Positions 39,975-49,280 of a stretch of DNA of 64,000 nt are shown here, piece after piece. A program made the translations under genes and the position numbers. The notes under the pieces were generated by a model that saw only the letters and a list, made by a program, of their open reading frames with translations, did not search any database and was not told the origin of the DNA. Numbering within the stretch: position 1 is the first letter of the stretch; every line of letters starts with the position of its first letter. Location: assembly GCA_965222375.1 (NCBI GenBank), contig CBDCTZ010000016.1, positions 3,328,001 through 3,392,000 on the forward strand. Reading direction: 5' to 3'. The stretch is from Polyangiaceae bacterium (GTDB taxonomy: Bacteria > Myxococcota_A > Polyangia > Polyangiales > Polyangiaceae).

Positions 39975-40193
39975 ATGACCGTCAGCATCCACTACTGCTT
40001 ACGCTGAAACTACAAGCCCCGCGCTGCGAGTCTCGCAGCGGAAATCGAAAAGGCGACCGGTCACACCACGCAGTTGGTGGAGGGAAAGGTGGGACAATTC
40101 GACGTCCTGCTGGACGGCGCGATGGTGTTTTCGAAGGCGTCCGAGGGGCGTTTTCCCGAGCATGACGAAGTCATCGCGAAATTGAAGAGCTAA
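39975..40193 (+). CDS. SelW/SelT/SelH (Rdx-family) selenoprotein, 72 aa, Sec at codon 11
   Basis: MTVSIHYCLR-U-NYKPRAASLAAEI...LVEGKVGQFDV..DG.MVFSK..EGRFPE; in-frame TGA 40005-40007 in CxxU position. Confidence 0.9.
40022..40040 (+). promoter_or_regulatory. putative bacterial SECIS element
   Basis: CGCTGCGA-GTC-TCGCAGCG hairpin, G-containing loop 22 nt after the UGA. Confidence 0.7.
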
Positions 40194-40245
40194 TCGTCAC
40201 GCCAGCTTCATTGGGGTGAGGCCGACTCCGCGCTAGGCTCATGGG

Positions 40246-41529
40246 ATGCGAGGCAGTCTCGTTTTTCTTGTCCTCTTGTGCTCGGCTTCCTGCGCCCGAG
40301 AGAACTCCTCTGACTTGCTCGATGGTTTGGACGGCAGCGCCGCCACGGGTGGTGGCGGCGGTTTCGGAGCCGGTGACGGAGCCCCAGGCGGCGGGGGAGG
40401 AGTGGCTGGAGCCGATGGCGGAGTGTTGATCGACTCGGGACCCTCGGACGCTCCCTTCGACCCGGATGCTGCATGCGCCACCACGACCGAGAAGGCCACG
40501 CCGGAACTACTGCCCGTCGACATCATCTGGGCGGTCGACAACTCCATCAGCATGAGCCCCGCGATCGACGAAGTCACCAAGGGGCTCAACGCCTTCGCGC
40601 AGCTGATTGGCGGCAAGAACCTCGACTACCGAGTGATCATGCTCAGCTACCGGAGCAAGACGAATCCCGTTACCGTCAAAGGCTCGCCACGCTACGCCGT
40701 GTGCATTCCTCCGCCCCTCGCCGGGGATAGCGGCTGTGGCAACGGTCCGCGCTTCTTCCAGTCCAGCATCGATATCCGCAGCACCCAGCCCCTGGAGCAA
40801 ATCCTGGGCACTTTGGGCCAGACCGACGGCTACAAGCAAGGTCAGGAGAAGGGCGGTGAACCCTGGAAGGACAAGCTGCGCCCGACCGCTAGCAAGACCT
40901 TCGTGATCGTCAGCGACGACAATTCGCGGCTTGCGGCCAGCGATTTCGAGAACTTCCCCGGCGGCAAGAATCCGTTCAACTCCTCGACCCTGCCGCCGGG
41001 GATTCTGGATGCCTCTTGGAACGGGTTGTTTACGGGTTACGTTTTCGACGGCCTGTATGGCTGGGGTTCCACCAGCAGCGCGAGTGTCAAATGCCAGTAC
41101 CCGGGGGGTAGCAGTCCGCCGAGTGCCGGGCCGACCTACACCCAGCTCGTCTTGAAGACGGGCGGCGTGCGGGCGCAGATCTGCGACGGCGCCAGCGCCT
41201 GGGGGCCCTTCTTCAATGACGTGGCGCAAGCCGTGACCCACAATTCGAAGCTCTCCTGCGAGCTAGCGCTTCCAACGCCCAGCGTGGGCACCTTGGACCC
41301 CCTCAAGGTCAATGTCGGCATCGTGAGCGCGACGGGCAGCACCACCTTGCCCAAGGTCGCAGGTGCAGGTGCTTGCACCGCGTCCGGGGGCTGGCATTAC
41401 GACAACGATACGGCGCCCACGAAGGTCATTCTCTGCCCCGCATCTTGTGCTGCGGCGGAACAAGCTGGCCTGAAAACGGGTGCTGTGGAAATCGCCGTGC
41501 AGTTTGGATGCACCACGGTGGTTCGCTAG
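40246..41529 (+). CDS. myxobacterial vWA-like domain lipoprotein
   Basis: SASC lipobox, Gly-rich linker, DIIWAVDNSISM MIDAS-like motif, IVSDD, Cys-rich C-terminus. Confidence 0.75.
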   Translation: MRGSLVFLVLLCSASCARENSSDLLDGLDGSAATGGGGGFGAGDGAPGGGGGVAGADGGVLIDSGPSDAPFDPDAACATTTEKATPELLPVDIIWAVDNSISMSPAIDEVTKGLNAFAQLIGGKNLDYRVIMLSYRSKTNPVTVKGSPRYAVCIPPPLAGDSGCGNGPRFFQSSIDIRSTQPLEQILGTLGQTDGYKQGQEKGGEPWKDKLRPTASKTFVIVSDDNSRLAASDFENFPGGKNPFNSSTLPPGILDASWNGLFTGYVFDGLYGWGSTSSASVKCQYPGGSSPPSAGPTYTQLVLKTGGVRAQICDGASAWGPFFNDVAQAVTHNSKLSCELALPTPSVGTLDPLKVNVGIVSATGSTTLPKVAGAGACTASGGWHYDNDTAPTKVILCPASCAAAEQAGLKTGAVEIAVQFGCTTVVR

Positions 41530-41709
41530 GCGCGGGCGGCGTGGGAGTTTGCTTCGCCGCAACGCAGGCTAATGGAGCGGCGCCGAGCACCGGAAATTCC
41601 GGGGGGGTCATCGGGTGCAGCCACAGAGTTGCGAGCGCAACTCTGAATGGGCGCGCGGCAGCAAACGCCCTTCGCGGCGAGGCCGGGGCGATCCACGCAG
41701 TCGGTCCCG

Positions 41710-42687
41710 CTAGCGCGCCAAGAACTGAGCGGCTTCCGACGGCGTGTCCCGGGTGGCGCTCGTGGCTTTCTTCCACACGGCCAAATAGCCGTCGCTGATT
41801 TCAGCTCCGTCAAGCTCGCCTTGCTCTTTCAGCGCACGGTGAAGCGCTGGTAGGCGGTACTGGGGAACGAACTGATACAGATGATGCTCCAGATGGTAGC
41901 CGACGTTGTGGGGCGCAATGAGGGCACGCGCCCATAGCGGGGAGAGCGTCGTGCGAGTGTTTCGGAGCTCATCCTCGGGGTCATCGATGGCCGCGTGCTC
42001 GGCGATGCTGCGCAGTCGGAGCATCAGAGAAAACAGCGTCAACGACGGCAGCAGCCAAAGCAAGAAGTAGGCTTCCACCCGGCCCACGGCGGCAAAGACG
42101 GAGAGCAGTATCAAGTTCATCAGCACATAGCGGTACTGATTCGACAGCAACGTTTTCGTGAAGGCCCACACACTCTTGCCCTCCAGGCCCGAGCCCTTGA
42201 CTGAAAGGCCGCCGAAGGCCCGCGCCAACCCCACGTGGCGTTTCAGTCCGACAGAGCCGCTCAAGTCGCGCAGGACCTTGCGCAGCATGCTGCGCTTGGT
42301 GACCGGGAAACGGTTGGCCAAGGGCAAGTCCGGATCTTGGTCCGTCCAGGTGTGCTTGTGGTGAGCGAAATGAATGCTGCGATAGGCGGCGGTAGTCAGC
42401 ATCAGCGGCGCCGCGCAGAGCCAATCGCTCACCCGATCGTTCCACTTGCGGTTGGGGAGCAGCAGATAGTGAGCGGCTTCATGCATCAGAATGGCCAGGG
42501 CGTGCTGGCGGGTGCCGACCACGACGAACGCCACCAAGAAACTCAGGGGGCCGGGCGCGAGGACGTAAAAGGTCAGTGCGCCGGCGATCAGTCCGAGGCT
42601 GAGGCCAACGGACGCAAGGCCACGGATGGCGCTGACTTTCGAGAGTTCGCGCAGGGTTTCCTTGGGCAATCTCTGCGTCGCTTTCAC
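41710..42687 (-). CDS. membrane fatty acid desaturase family protein
   Basis: His boxes HEAAH, HFAHH, HLEHH; GTG start overlaps the upstream TAG; AGGAGG RBS. Confidence 0.9.
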   Translation of the reverse strand: MKATQRLPKETLRELSKVSAIRGLASVGLSLGLIAGALTFYVLAPGPLSFLVAFVVVGTRQHALAILMHEAAHYLLLPNRKWNDRVSDWLCAAPLMLTTAAYRSIHFAHHKHTWTDQDPDLPLANRFPVTKRSMLRKVLRDLSGSVGLKRHVGLARAFGGLSVKGSGLEGKSVWAFTKTLLSNQYRYVLMNLILLSVFAAVGRVEAYFLLWLLPSLTLFSLMLRLRSIAEHAAIDDPEDELRNTRTTLSPLWARALIAPHNVGYHLEHHLYQFVPQYRLPALHRALKEQGELDGAEISDGYLAVWKKATSATRDTPSEAAQFLAR

Positions 42688-43514
42688 TAGCAGGCCTCCT
42701 TTCGCGCCTGTCCCGACACGAGGCGCAGCTGTACGCCGCGGGAGCGCGCCAGTTCTTGCCACTTGCGCCGGCCCAGTTGGTCGTATTTCAGCATCGCGGT
42801 GGTCAGCTCTCGCCGCTCCCTGCCGACGCAGATTTCCTCTGGCAACAGTGGGTCCTGGCTCAGCGTACGGATGGCGTCGCCACCGCGCAGGAACGCCTCC
42901 ACCAGCGCTTCCTTCTGCGGCAACTTCGCCAGGCGGTCCGTGCTGCGAAGCAGCGCAGCATGGGCGCGGGCGGCGCGCTTTCGGATCTCACGCGCGTTCC
43001 AGGAATGTCGCATCAGCAAGTCGGTTGTCTTGTCGGAGAAGTGATCCACGACGAAGTGTTCCGCATCTGCATGGAGCCCCCGCACCGAAAGCTGGGCCTC
43101 GGCACCTGCTGCGCCTGCGGCAAGATTGTCCGGGCGTACCCACAGCGCAGGGAAGAGCTCGACGAAGCCTGCGCCGCGGAGCGCTTTGAGGGAGTGGGCG
43201 CGCGCAGAGCGACCCAGCTTCGGCAAGCTCACCGCCAAGAACGCCCCGGACCAAGGGCGCAGGCGCGCATCCCCCAGACGCCAGGTTTCGATCAGTTCGT
43301 GCTTGGGGTCGTCGGCGGCCGCGCGCCGATACAGCCCCCGCTCGTCGCTTTCGACCCGCCCTTCGGCTACTAGTCGCGTGAGCGCAACTCGCAACGCACT
43401 GTCCTTGAAGCCGAAGAGTGCGCCGATCTCGATCAGACCGCTCACCGGCGTCGCCGTCGGCGACACCCGCAGCAGATCGAGCAACATGCGTTTCGGAGTC
43501 AGCGCCTGCCGCAT
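42687..43514 (-). CDS. PaaX-family transcriptional regulator
   Basis: wHTH LRVALTRL...G.Y, W.G, L...GF..L...LWVRP, DPLLPEE. Confidence 0.85.
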   Translation of the reverse strand: MRQALTPKRMLLDLLRVSPTATPVSGLIEIGALFGFKDSALRVALTRLVAEGRVESDERGLYRRAAADDPKHELIETWRLGDARLRPWSGAFLAVSLPKLGRSARAHSLKALRGAGFVELFPALWVRPDNLAAGAAGAEAQLSVRGLHADAEHFVVDHFSDKTTDLLMRHSWNAREIRKRAARAHAALLRSTDRLAKLPQKEALVEAFLRGGDAIRTLSQDPLLPEEICVGRERRELTTAMLKYDQLGRRKWQELARSRGVQLRLVSGQARKEAC

Positions 43515-43518
43515 CTGG

Positions 43519-43564
43519 ATTTATTACATCAGAATGCAGCTATGATCAAAACTATGTAATAAAT
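43519..43564. promoter_or_regulatory. palindromic operator candidate ATTTATTACAT-N24-ATGTAATAAAT
   Basis: perfect 11-bp AT-rich inverted repeat 4 nt upstream of the PaaX-like start. Confidence 0.75.
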
Positions 43565-43583
43565 AGGGCTTTTCCCGTTGAAA

Positions 43584-45089
43584 TCAGGGCAATTTGAGGC
43601 GTCCGGAGCCCAGCTGCCAGGCTTCGTCCGTGATCGCCTCGGCGAAACGGCGGTCGTGGCTGACCAAGACGACCGCGCCGGCGTACTCCGTCAGGGCCTG
43701 CTCCAAGCGCTCGATGGCCGGCAGATCGAAGTGGTTGAGGGGCTCATCGAGGATCAGCAGGTGCGCGCGCGTCGCCAGCGCACGTGCCAAGGCCAGCTTG
43801 CGCGCCTCTCCCGGCGACGGGCAGGGCGAACGCACGACCCTCGCGGGGTCGAGGCCGAGGCAGGCGGCCAAGGTCAGCCATTGTCCCCGCGCTGCGGCGT
43901 CCTCGCTCTGCAAACGAGCCGACAGCTCTCGGCGCTGCTGAAGGCTGAGTTCTTGCCGCAAATACAACATGCTTTCAGGCTGCCCAGCGTAGGCAGCGGC
44001 CAGTTTGCCAAGCAGCGTCGATTTGCCGCTGCCGTTGGCGCCCGTCACGTGGATGCGGCTTTGTCGTCCCACACTACAGCGCACGTCTCGCGCAAGCACG
44101 CTGCTGCCGGCCCGCAGCTGCGGCGAGTCCAAGTGGATCAAGACCCGCGAGCGAGCTTGCTCCCCCTGCAGCCGCACCGCGCCGCCTTTCGCCTTCTTCG
44201 CGGGTAGCGACGCAAGTTGTGACTGAACTTGCTCCAGCTGGCTACGCAGCGCGCCCGCGCGTCGCGAGGCCTGTGCCTCGGCTTTGGCGGCCCGAGCCTT
44301 GCCATTGACCGAGCGACCGTCCGAGTCCTTTGGGCTCTTCATGCGAGTGCGCGCGCTTCGTGCCGCCTGCGCTTCATTGGCCTGGCGTTGCTTGTCCTGG
44401 AGTTTGCGCGTCGCGCTCTCCTGCCGCTGCTGCACGTCACGCCGGGCCCGTGCTTGGGCGACTTGGTCCTGCTGCCAAATCTCCTGGGCTCGGCTCACCG
44501 AGCCCGGGAAAACCTCGGCTCGACCCGCGTCCAAACGCAAGGTCGCCGTCGTCAATTCGTCCAAGAATCCGCGGTCGTGAGCCACCACCAAGCCGATGCC
44601 GCCATAACCGCGCAGAGCCTGGAGCAACGTGTCGCGGGCTTCGATATCGAGGTGATTCGTAGGCTCGTCGAGCATCAAGATGTCCGGCTCCTGGGCGAGG
44701 GCCGCGGCGATTTGCCAACGCTTGCGCTCCCCGGGTGACAGGCTGGACCAACGCTCCAGATCCTCCGGGGTCAGCAACAGCCGCGCGCGCAGGCGGCGGC
44801 TCTCACCGTCCCAGGCTTCCGCGAAGCGCTCGACCGCCGGCTCGAGGGTGTCCACCACCTGCGGACACAGGCAGCGAGTGGCACCTGCACTGACCCGCAC
44901 GCAGCCGCTGCTGGGCTCGAGTTGGCCGCGTGCGAGCCCGAGCAGGGTGCTCTTGCCCGCGCCGTTTTCGCCAACCACTCCGGTCCACCCGGCTGTCAGT
45001 TCGAAACTCACCTCAGCGAGCAGTGTGCTCGCTGCGTCATATCCAAAATTCACCCGGTCCATCGCCAGGCGTGTGCCTTGCCGTACCAC
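43584..45089 (-). CDS. ABC-F family ATP-binding protein (two NBDs, no TM)
   Basis: GENGAGKST, LSPGE, LDEPTNHLD; GANGSGKST, SPGE, LDEPLNHFD, SHDR; GGAGG RBS. Confidence 0.92.
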   Translation of the reverse strand: MVRQGTRLAMDRVNFGYDAASTLLAEVSFELTAGWTGVVGENGAGKSTLLGLARGQLEPSSGCVRVSAGATRCLCPQVVDTLEPAVERFAEAWDGESRRLRARLLLTPEDLERWSSLSPGERKRWQIAAALAQEPDILMLDEPTNHLDIEARDTLLQALRGYGGIGLVVAHDRGFLDELTTATLRLDAGRAEVFPGSVSRAQEIWQQDQVAQARARRDVQQRQESATRKLQDKQRQANEAQAARSARTRMKSPKDSDGRSVNGKARAAKAEAQASRRAGALRSQLEQVQSQLASLPAKKAKGGAVRLQGEQARSRVLIHLDSPQLRAGSSVLARDVRCSVGRQSRIHVTGANGSGKSTLLGKLAAAYAGQPESMLYLRQELSLQQRRELSARLQSEDAAARGQWLTLAACLGLDPARVVRSPCPSPGEARKLALARALATRAHLLILDEPLNHFDLPAIERLEQALTEYAGAVVLVSHDRRFAEAITDEAWQLGSGRLKLP

Positions 45090-45176
45090 CTGTCCACCTC
45101 CTGAAGTGCTGAGTCCGTCGGGGTCGCCAGCAGCGACCAGCGCACGCGGCCGTGCCGCGGCGCGATGAGCGAAGAT

Positions 45177-45194
45177 TCAGCGAAGGTTGGTCAT
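45177..45194 (-). CDS. putative ABC-F leader uORF MTNLR
   Basis: ATG ACC AAC CTT CGC TGA in a hairpin-rich 5' leader; identical in second copy (55843-55860). Confidence 0.5.
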   Translation of the reverse strand: MTNLR

Positions 45195-45222
45195 GGTGCG
45201 ACTTCGCGAGAAGTCGAGGGCC

Positions 45223-45250
45223 AGTTTGACTCAGTTTGCGTGCGTGTCAA
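45223..45250 (-). promoter_or_regulatory. sigma70 promoter for ABC-F leader
   Basis: TTGACA-N16-CAAACT; both boxes retained in the duplicate. Confidence 0.6.
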
Positions 45251-45491
45251 CCGTGCTTGGGTTTCTTGGGTTTTGGGGAATGTGGCGGATCAGTCCGTCA
45301 TCGGAGGCTTCGCGCGGCGCGTCCGCTGGCCCTTCCGCTAGCTGACGCCACCGCATGGGCCACGCAGCACAATGTCACGACTCCCGGATGAGCATCGGGA
45401 GCTCGGTCCCGCACTAATCAATGGGCTCGAGTTGTCGAGGGATTGAAATCCCCATCCGCTCTATGTCCGAGAGCAGCTGGACGGGGTCACA

Positions 45492-45517
45492 GTAGTGTCC
45501 CATTGTAGTGTCCCATT
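45492..45517. repeat. 13-bp tandem repeat GTAGTGTCCCATT x2
   Basis: exact adjacent duplication. Confidence 0.8.
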
Positions 45518-45856
45518 AGGTGGACGCCAGGTGGAAGCCTGTCCTGCGCCATCTGCTTTATGATCGCGACGGTCGGGTTGGCAGTCGAGGGCTGGAGGCC
45601 GAGAAAGCCGAGACCTGGACCCCCAAGTTCCGGGAACGGGGCTGAGAGACTTCGAGCCGCCGAAGGCCGCGTGTACTGCCTCGCAGCTGATTTGGCGTCC
45701 GGCGGCCGCCACCCGCGAGGGCCCGCGTTTCGCGTCCTGTCGCGGGTGGCGCAAAAAAGAGGAAACTAGGGGGCTGGCGTGCCGATGGGTGGGAAAAAGC
45801 GTGGCAAGCGTCGTCGCCAGCGCTGCCCAATGACGTAGAATCGAGGCGCCGATTTC

Positions 45857-47206
45857 ATGAACACAACTCCCGCACCAGAAGCCGGCGACGAGCGCAGCGT
45901 GCCGGACTCCCTCGTGGAAAACCCACTGGCGGGCACGAAATACACGGCGATCTCACTGATTGGTCGCGGTGGGATGGGGGAAGTGTACTTGGCAGACCAC
46001 GACGAACTGGGCAAGCGCTTCGTGGTCAAGCTGCTGCACGCCGAGATGAGCGCTGACCCGCGCTTGGTGGATCGCGTGCGAGTCGAGGCGCAGGCCCTCG
46101 CCAAGTTGCGGCATCCTTGCATCGTCGACGTGATCGACTTTGGCACTACTCCATCCAAGCGCCCGTACCTGGTCATGGAGCGCCTGACGGGGGTCACCCT
46201 TTGGGACGAGCTACGGCAGCGGGGAGCCTTCACCCCGGGCGACGCAGTTCGTGTCGTACGGCAGCTGCTGTCCGCCCTGGTGGCGACGCACGCGGTGGGG
46301 ATCATACACCGGGACGTGAAGCTCTCGAATCTATTCGTGCACCAGCGCGCGGACAACGATCCCGTGCTGAAGGTGCTGGATTTCGGGTTGGCGAAAGTCA
46401 TGGATGCTTCCGTCGTCGGCACGCCTGCCCCGTTGCTCTATCCAACGGAGGAAGGGGTGGTCGTGGGCACCCCGCGCTATCTCGCCCCGGAGGCCTGGGC
46501 CGGTAAGGGCGTGGATCACCGCGCCGACATCTACGCAACCGGCGTGGTGCTCTATCATCTTCTTGCGGGCCGTGGACCCTGGGACGATGTGCGCCAATCT
46601 GGGAAGCTATTGCAGGCGCAGATGAAAGCGCAGTTCGAGCCCCCGTCCGCGTATGCACCGGGCCCGGTTTCGGTGGAGCTCGACCTGATTGTGAAGCGCG
46701 CGCTGAGTTCGAACCTGGAAGAACGGTTTCAGACCGCGAGGTCGTTCGACGAGGCGCTGGCGATCACACAGGCCGCTGCGGCGAGCCCGATAGGCTGGAT
46801 GCACACCACGATGCTTCGCGAGCTTCCTCCAAAATCCGTTTCCCAGGCAGCGGATGGTTCGATGGAACGGCTGTCGGGCGACACGGAGCGCGACATCCCG
46901 CCAACGGAGGAGGTCGGGGCGAGGCCGGCGCGCAGCAGCAACGCGACCGAGGAGCTGCCGTCGGATCTGCAGCTGGCCGCGGTGCGTCCAGACTCCGCGT
47001 CCACGCACCCAGAACGCGCGCCCACGCGCACTGCGCTTCGCATCCAAGCGCCCATGGAGCTTGTGCCCCACGAAGCGGAGACTTTGGCGTCGGCAGACGC
47101 CCCACCCGGTCGCCATCTCTTGGTTGTCGTCGGCATCACGGCCGGCGCGGCCGCGGCCATCGGCGTGGCGTGCTGGGCGCTGCTTTCTTGGTTCGGAGGG
47201 CCGTGA
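45857..47206 (+). CDS. Ser/Thr protein kinase with C-terminal membrane anchor
   Basis: GRGGMG, VVK, HRDVKLSN, DFG, GTPRYLAPE; terminal TM helix. Confidence 0.93.
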   Translation: MNTTPAPEAGDERSVPDSLVENPLAGTKYTAISLIGRGGMGEVYLADHDELGKRFVVKLLHAEMSADPRLVDRVRVEAQALAKLRHPCIVDVIDFGTTPSKRPYLVMERLTGVTLWDELRQRGAFTPGDAVRVVRQLLSALVATHAVGIIHRDVKLSNLFVHQRADNDPVLKVLDFGLAKVMDASVVGTPAPLLYPTEEGVVVGTPRYLAPEAWAGKGVDHRADIYATGVVLYHLLAGRGPWDDVRQSGKLLQAQMKAQFEPPSAYAPGPVSVELDLIVKRALSSNLEERFQTARSFDEALAITQAAAASPIGWMHTTMLRELPPKSVSQAADGSMERLSGDTERDIPPTEEVGARPARSSNATEELPSDLQLAAVRPDSASTHPERAPTRTALRIQAPMELVPHEAETLASADAPPGRHLLVVVGITAGAAAAIGVACWALLSWFGGP

Positions 47207-47330
47207 TGGGCCGGCTCTGCTCGAAATCCGCGCACTTCCCGCGCCTGTTCGACACTCTGGCGGCGCTCTCGTACGCTTCCACCTCACCCTGCCCACGACG
47301 AGGTCGGGCGCGGGATCATCGGGAGGAGTC

Positions 47331-49280
47331 GTGAATCGTACGCTTCGGCTGATTGAGGGCAACCCCGGCGCGGGCCGAGACGCCCCGTCCGAGCAGCGCG
47401 CCCCGGCCGCTCCGGTCACGCCGCGGCCGGTCTCGGCGCAGTCGGTCTCACCGTCTGGGGTGGACGGCGATCCTCTAGGTTCCAACACGATCCCTGACTT
47501 CAAGCCAGGTGAGCGTCCGCTGGCCTTCGGAACGATCGTCGACCAATACCGAATCGAACGATTGCTCGCCACCGGGGGCACGTCCCGCGTGTACCGCGCA
47601 ACGCACCATTTCATGGGCCACGTGGTCGCGCTCAAGATTTTGAATGAGAGCTACGCGCGCCGCCCCGACATCGTCGAGCGATTCAAGAAGGAGGCACAAG
47701 CGCTCAAGCAAATGCATCACGAGAACATCGTGGATATCGACAATGCCGGCTTGACCGAGGGTGGCAAGCCATACATCGCGATGGAATTCATCGAAGGCGG
47801 ATCCCTGCGGGATCGACTGGACCGCGGCCCACGCCTGTCCCTCATGGAGGCGCTCAACATCCTGATCGCCGTGACCGATGGCGCCGAGGCCGCGCACCGG
47901 GTGGGCATCGTTCACCGCGATCTGAAGCCAGACAACATCCTCTGCAGCGAGGACGGCCGGGTGAAGATCGTGGATTTCGGCCTGGCGCGCTTCGCCGACG
48001 CCAAGCGCACCGACGCTAAGGGTGTCTTCGGGACGGCTGCCTACATCGCACCTGAGCGTCTCAACGGCTTGCCCGGAGACGTTCGCTCGGACATCTATTC
48101 GCTAGGGCTGGTCGCCTACGAGCTCGTTGCTGGGAAGAACCCCATGCTCGGCAGTCGGGGGCGCCCAAGCCAGGAGGAGGCTGCCGCAAACCAACTTAGC
48201 TTCACTCCACCCTGGCTTTGGAACGTGCCTGAGGAGCTTGCGAAGGCGGTTGCGAGAGCGATCGACAAGAAGCCATCACGCCGATTCGGATCGATGGCGG
48301 ACCTCGGAGAAGCGTTCCGCGTGGTGCGCACCGGCTTGTTGCAGGCAGAAGAAGCGGCGGAGCAGGCAAGGGCGGTGGTCGCAGCGGACGATGCTCGCGC
48401 GACTGCGCCAAACCAAACGGTCGATCTCCCCATCGCGGCGGAGCCGAAGCGTGCGGGCGATTCGCCCAGGAACACGAAGGCACGGCTCCAGTCAGTCCTC
48501 GACGACGTGTTGCGAGGTTCTTTGCGGATCCCATTGATCGTTGGAGCCGTGGTCGGTGTCACTGTGGCCACAATGGTGTACATGTACCAGCGCTCACACC
48601 AGCGCGCCGCGTCGACGGCAACCGAGCAGGCTGCGCCGTCCGCCGCCACGGCAACCGCGGCCTCCGGGGCTGCTTTGGCCGGAGTGAGGGGACGGGGCAC
48701 GGCTGTGCCAGAGCCCGCACGGACTCCACGCCCGACGGCAGCGCCCATCCCCGAGCCCGCAGAACCTACCTCCAAATCCAACCCGACGAGCCCGCCACCG
48801 GGCACCCCGCAAGGCATCGCGTCGACCCAACCGCGCTCGAAAGCCGCCGGGCCGGCGCTCGCCCCCGCTCCCGCAGCAAAGAAAACCGCCACGTCGAAAC
48901 CCATCGCGCCACCGTTCCCCGCGACAGCGCCGACGCCACCCCGCACACCCCAGAGACGAAGTCCAACTCCAAAGCCGGCTACCCTCGACATCAACAAGAT
49001 CCCATCCGGCCTTGCGGCAGACGACTCGCGCGCCGAGCCACTGCCCGTGGCACCCCGCGCAATCCAGCCGCCACCACCCATGAATCCCGGCGCAACCCAG
49101 CCGCCAGCCGTGGGTCCCGGCGCAACCCAGCCGCCACCACCCGATCCTCCCTCATCTCCGCCCCGGTCGATCCAGCCAATTTCCCCGCAACTACCCAGGG
49201 AAGCAGTCGATTCCTTGCCGAATAGCACCGAGTCGGTCTTGGATCCCGATCGGCGCAACCACGGATCACGGTATGACTGA
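47331..49280 (+). CDS. Ser/Thr protein kinase with TM helix and Pro-rich tail
   Basis: VALK, HRDLKPDN, DFG, GTAAYIAPE; GGAGGAG RBS before GTG 47331. Confidence 0.92.
   Translation: MNRTLRLIEGNPGAGRDAPSEQRAPAAPVTPRPVSAQSVSPSGVDGDPLGSNTIPDFKPGERPLAFGTIVDQYRIERLLATGGTSRVYRATHHFMGHVVALKILNESYARRPDIVERFKKEAQALKQMHHENIVDIDNAGLTEGGKPYIAMEFIEGGSLRDRLDRGPRLSLMEALNILIAVTDGAEAAHRVGIVHRDLKPDNILCSEDGRVKIVDFGLARFADAKRTDAKGVFGTAAYIAPERLNGLPGDVRSDIYSLGLVAYELVAGKNPMLGSRGRPSQEEAAANQLSFTPPWLWNVPEELAKAVARAIDKKPSRRFGSMADLGEAFRVVRTGLLQAEEAAEQARAVVAADDARATAPNQTVDLPIAAEPKRAGDSPRNTKARLQSVLDDVLRGSLRIPLIVGAVVGVTVATMVYMYQRSHQRAASTATEQAAPSAATATAASGAALAGVRGRGTAVPEPARTPRPTAAPIPEPAEPTSKSNPTSPPPGTPQGIASTQPRSKAAGPALAPAPAAKKTATSKPIAPPFPATAPTPPRTPQRRSPTPKPATLDINKIPSGLAADDSRAEPLPVAPRAIQPPPPMNPGATQPPAVGPGATQPPPPDPPSSPPRSIQPISPQLPREAVDSLPNSTESVLDPDRRNHGSRYD

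Larger units (their letters stand above)
45059..45318. repeat. direct repeat copy 1 (ABC-F promoter, leader and first ~10 codons)
   Basis: aligns with 55724-55979, including an identical core ATGAGCGAAGATTCAGCGAAGGTTGGTCATGGTGCGACTTCGCGAGAAGTCGAGGGCCAGTTTGACT. Confidence 0.92.

Noticed and set aside
45637..45660. Intact tRNA gene
   Set aside because: Only a short degenerate 3'-like fragment; no cloverleaf
45708..45760. GCCACCCGCGA/TCGCGGGTGGC hairpin as terminator or island terminal repeat
   Set aside because: The A-run is on the wrong side for termination, and similarity to 55620-55650 is too weak
46854..47330. N-terminal extension of the second island kinase
   Set aside because: Overlaps the preceding kinase; RBS supports GTG 47331
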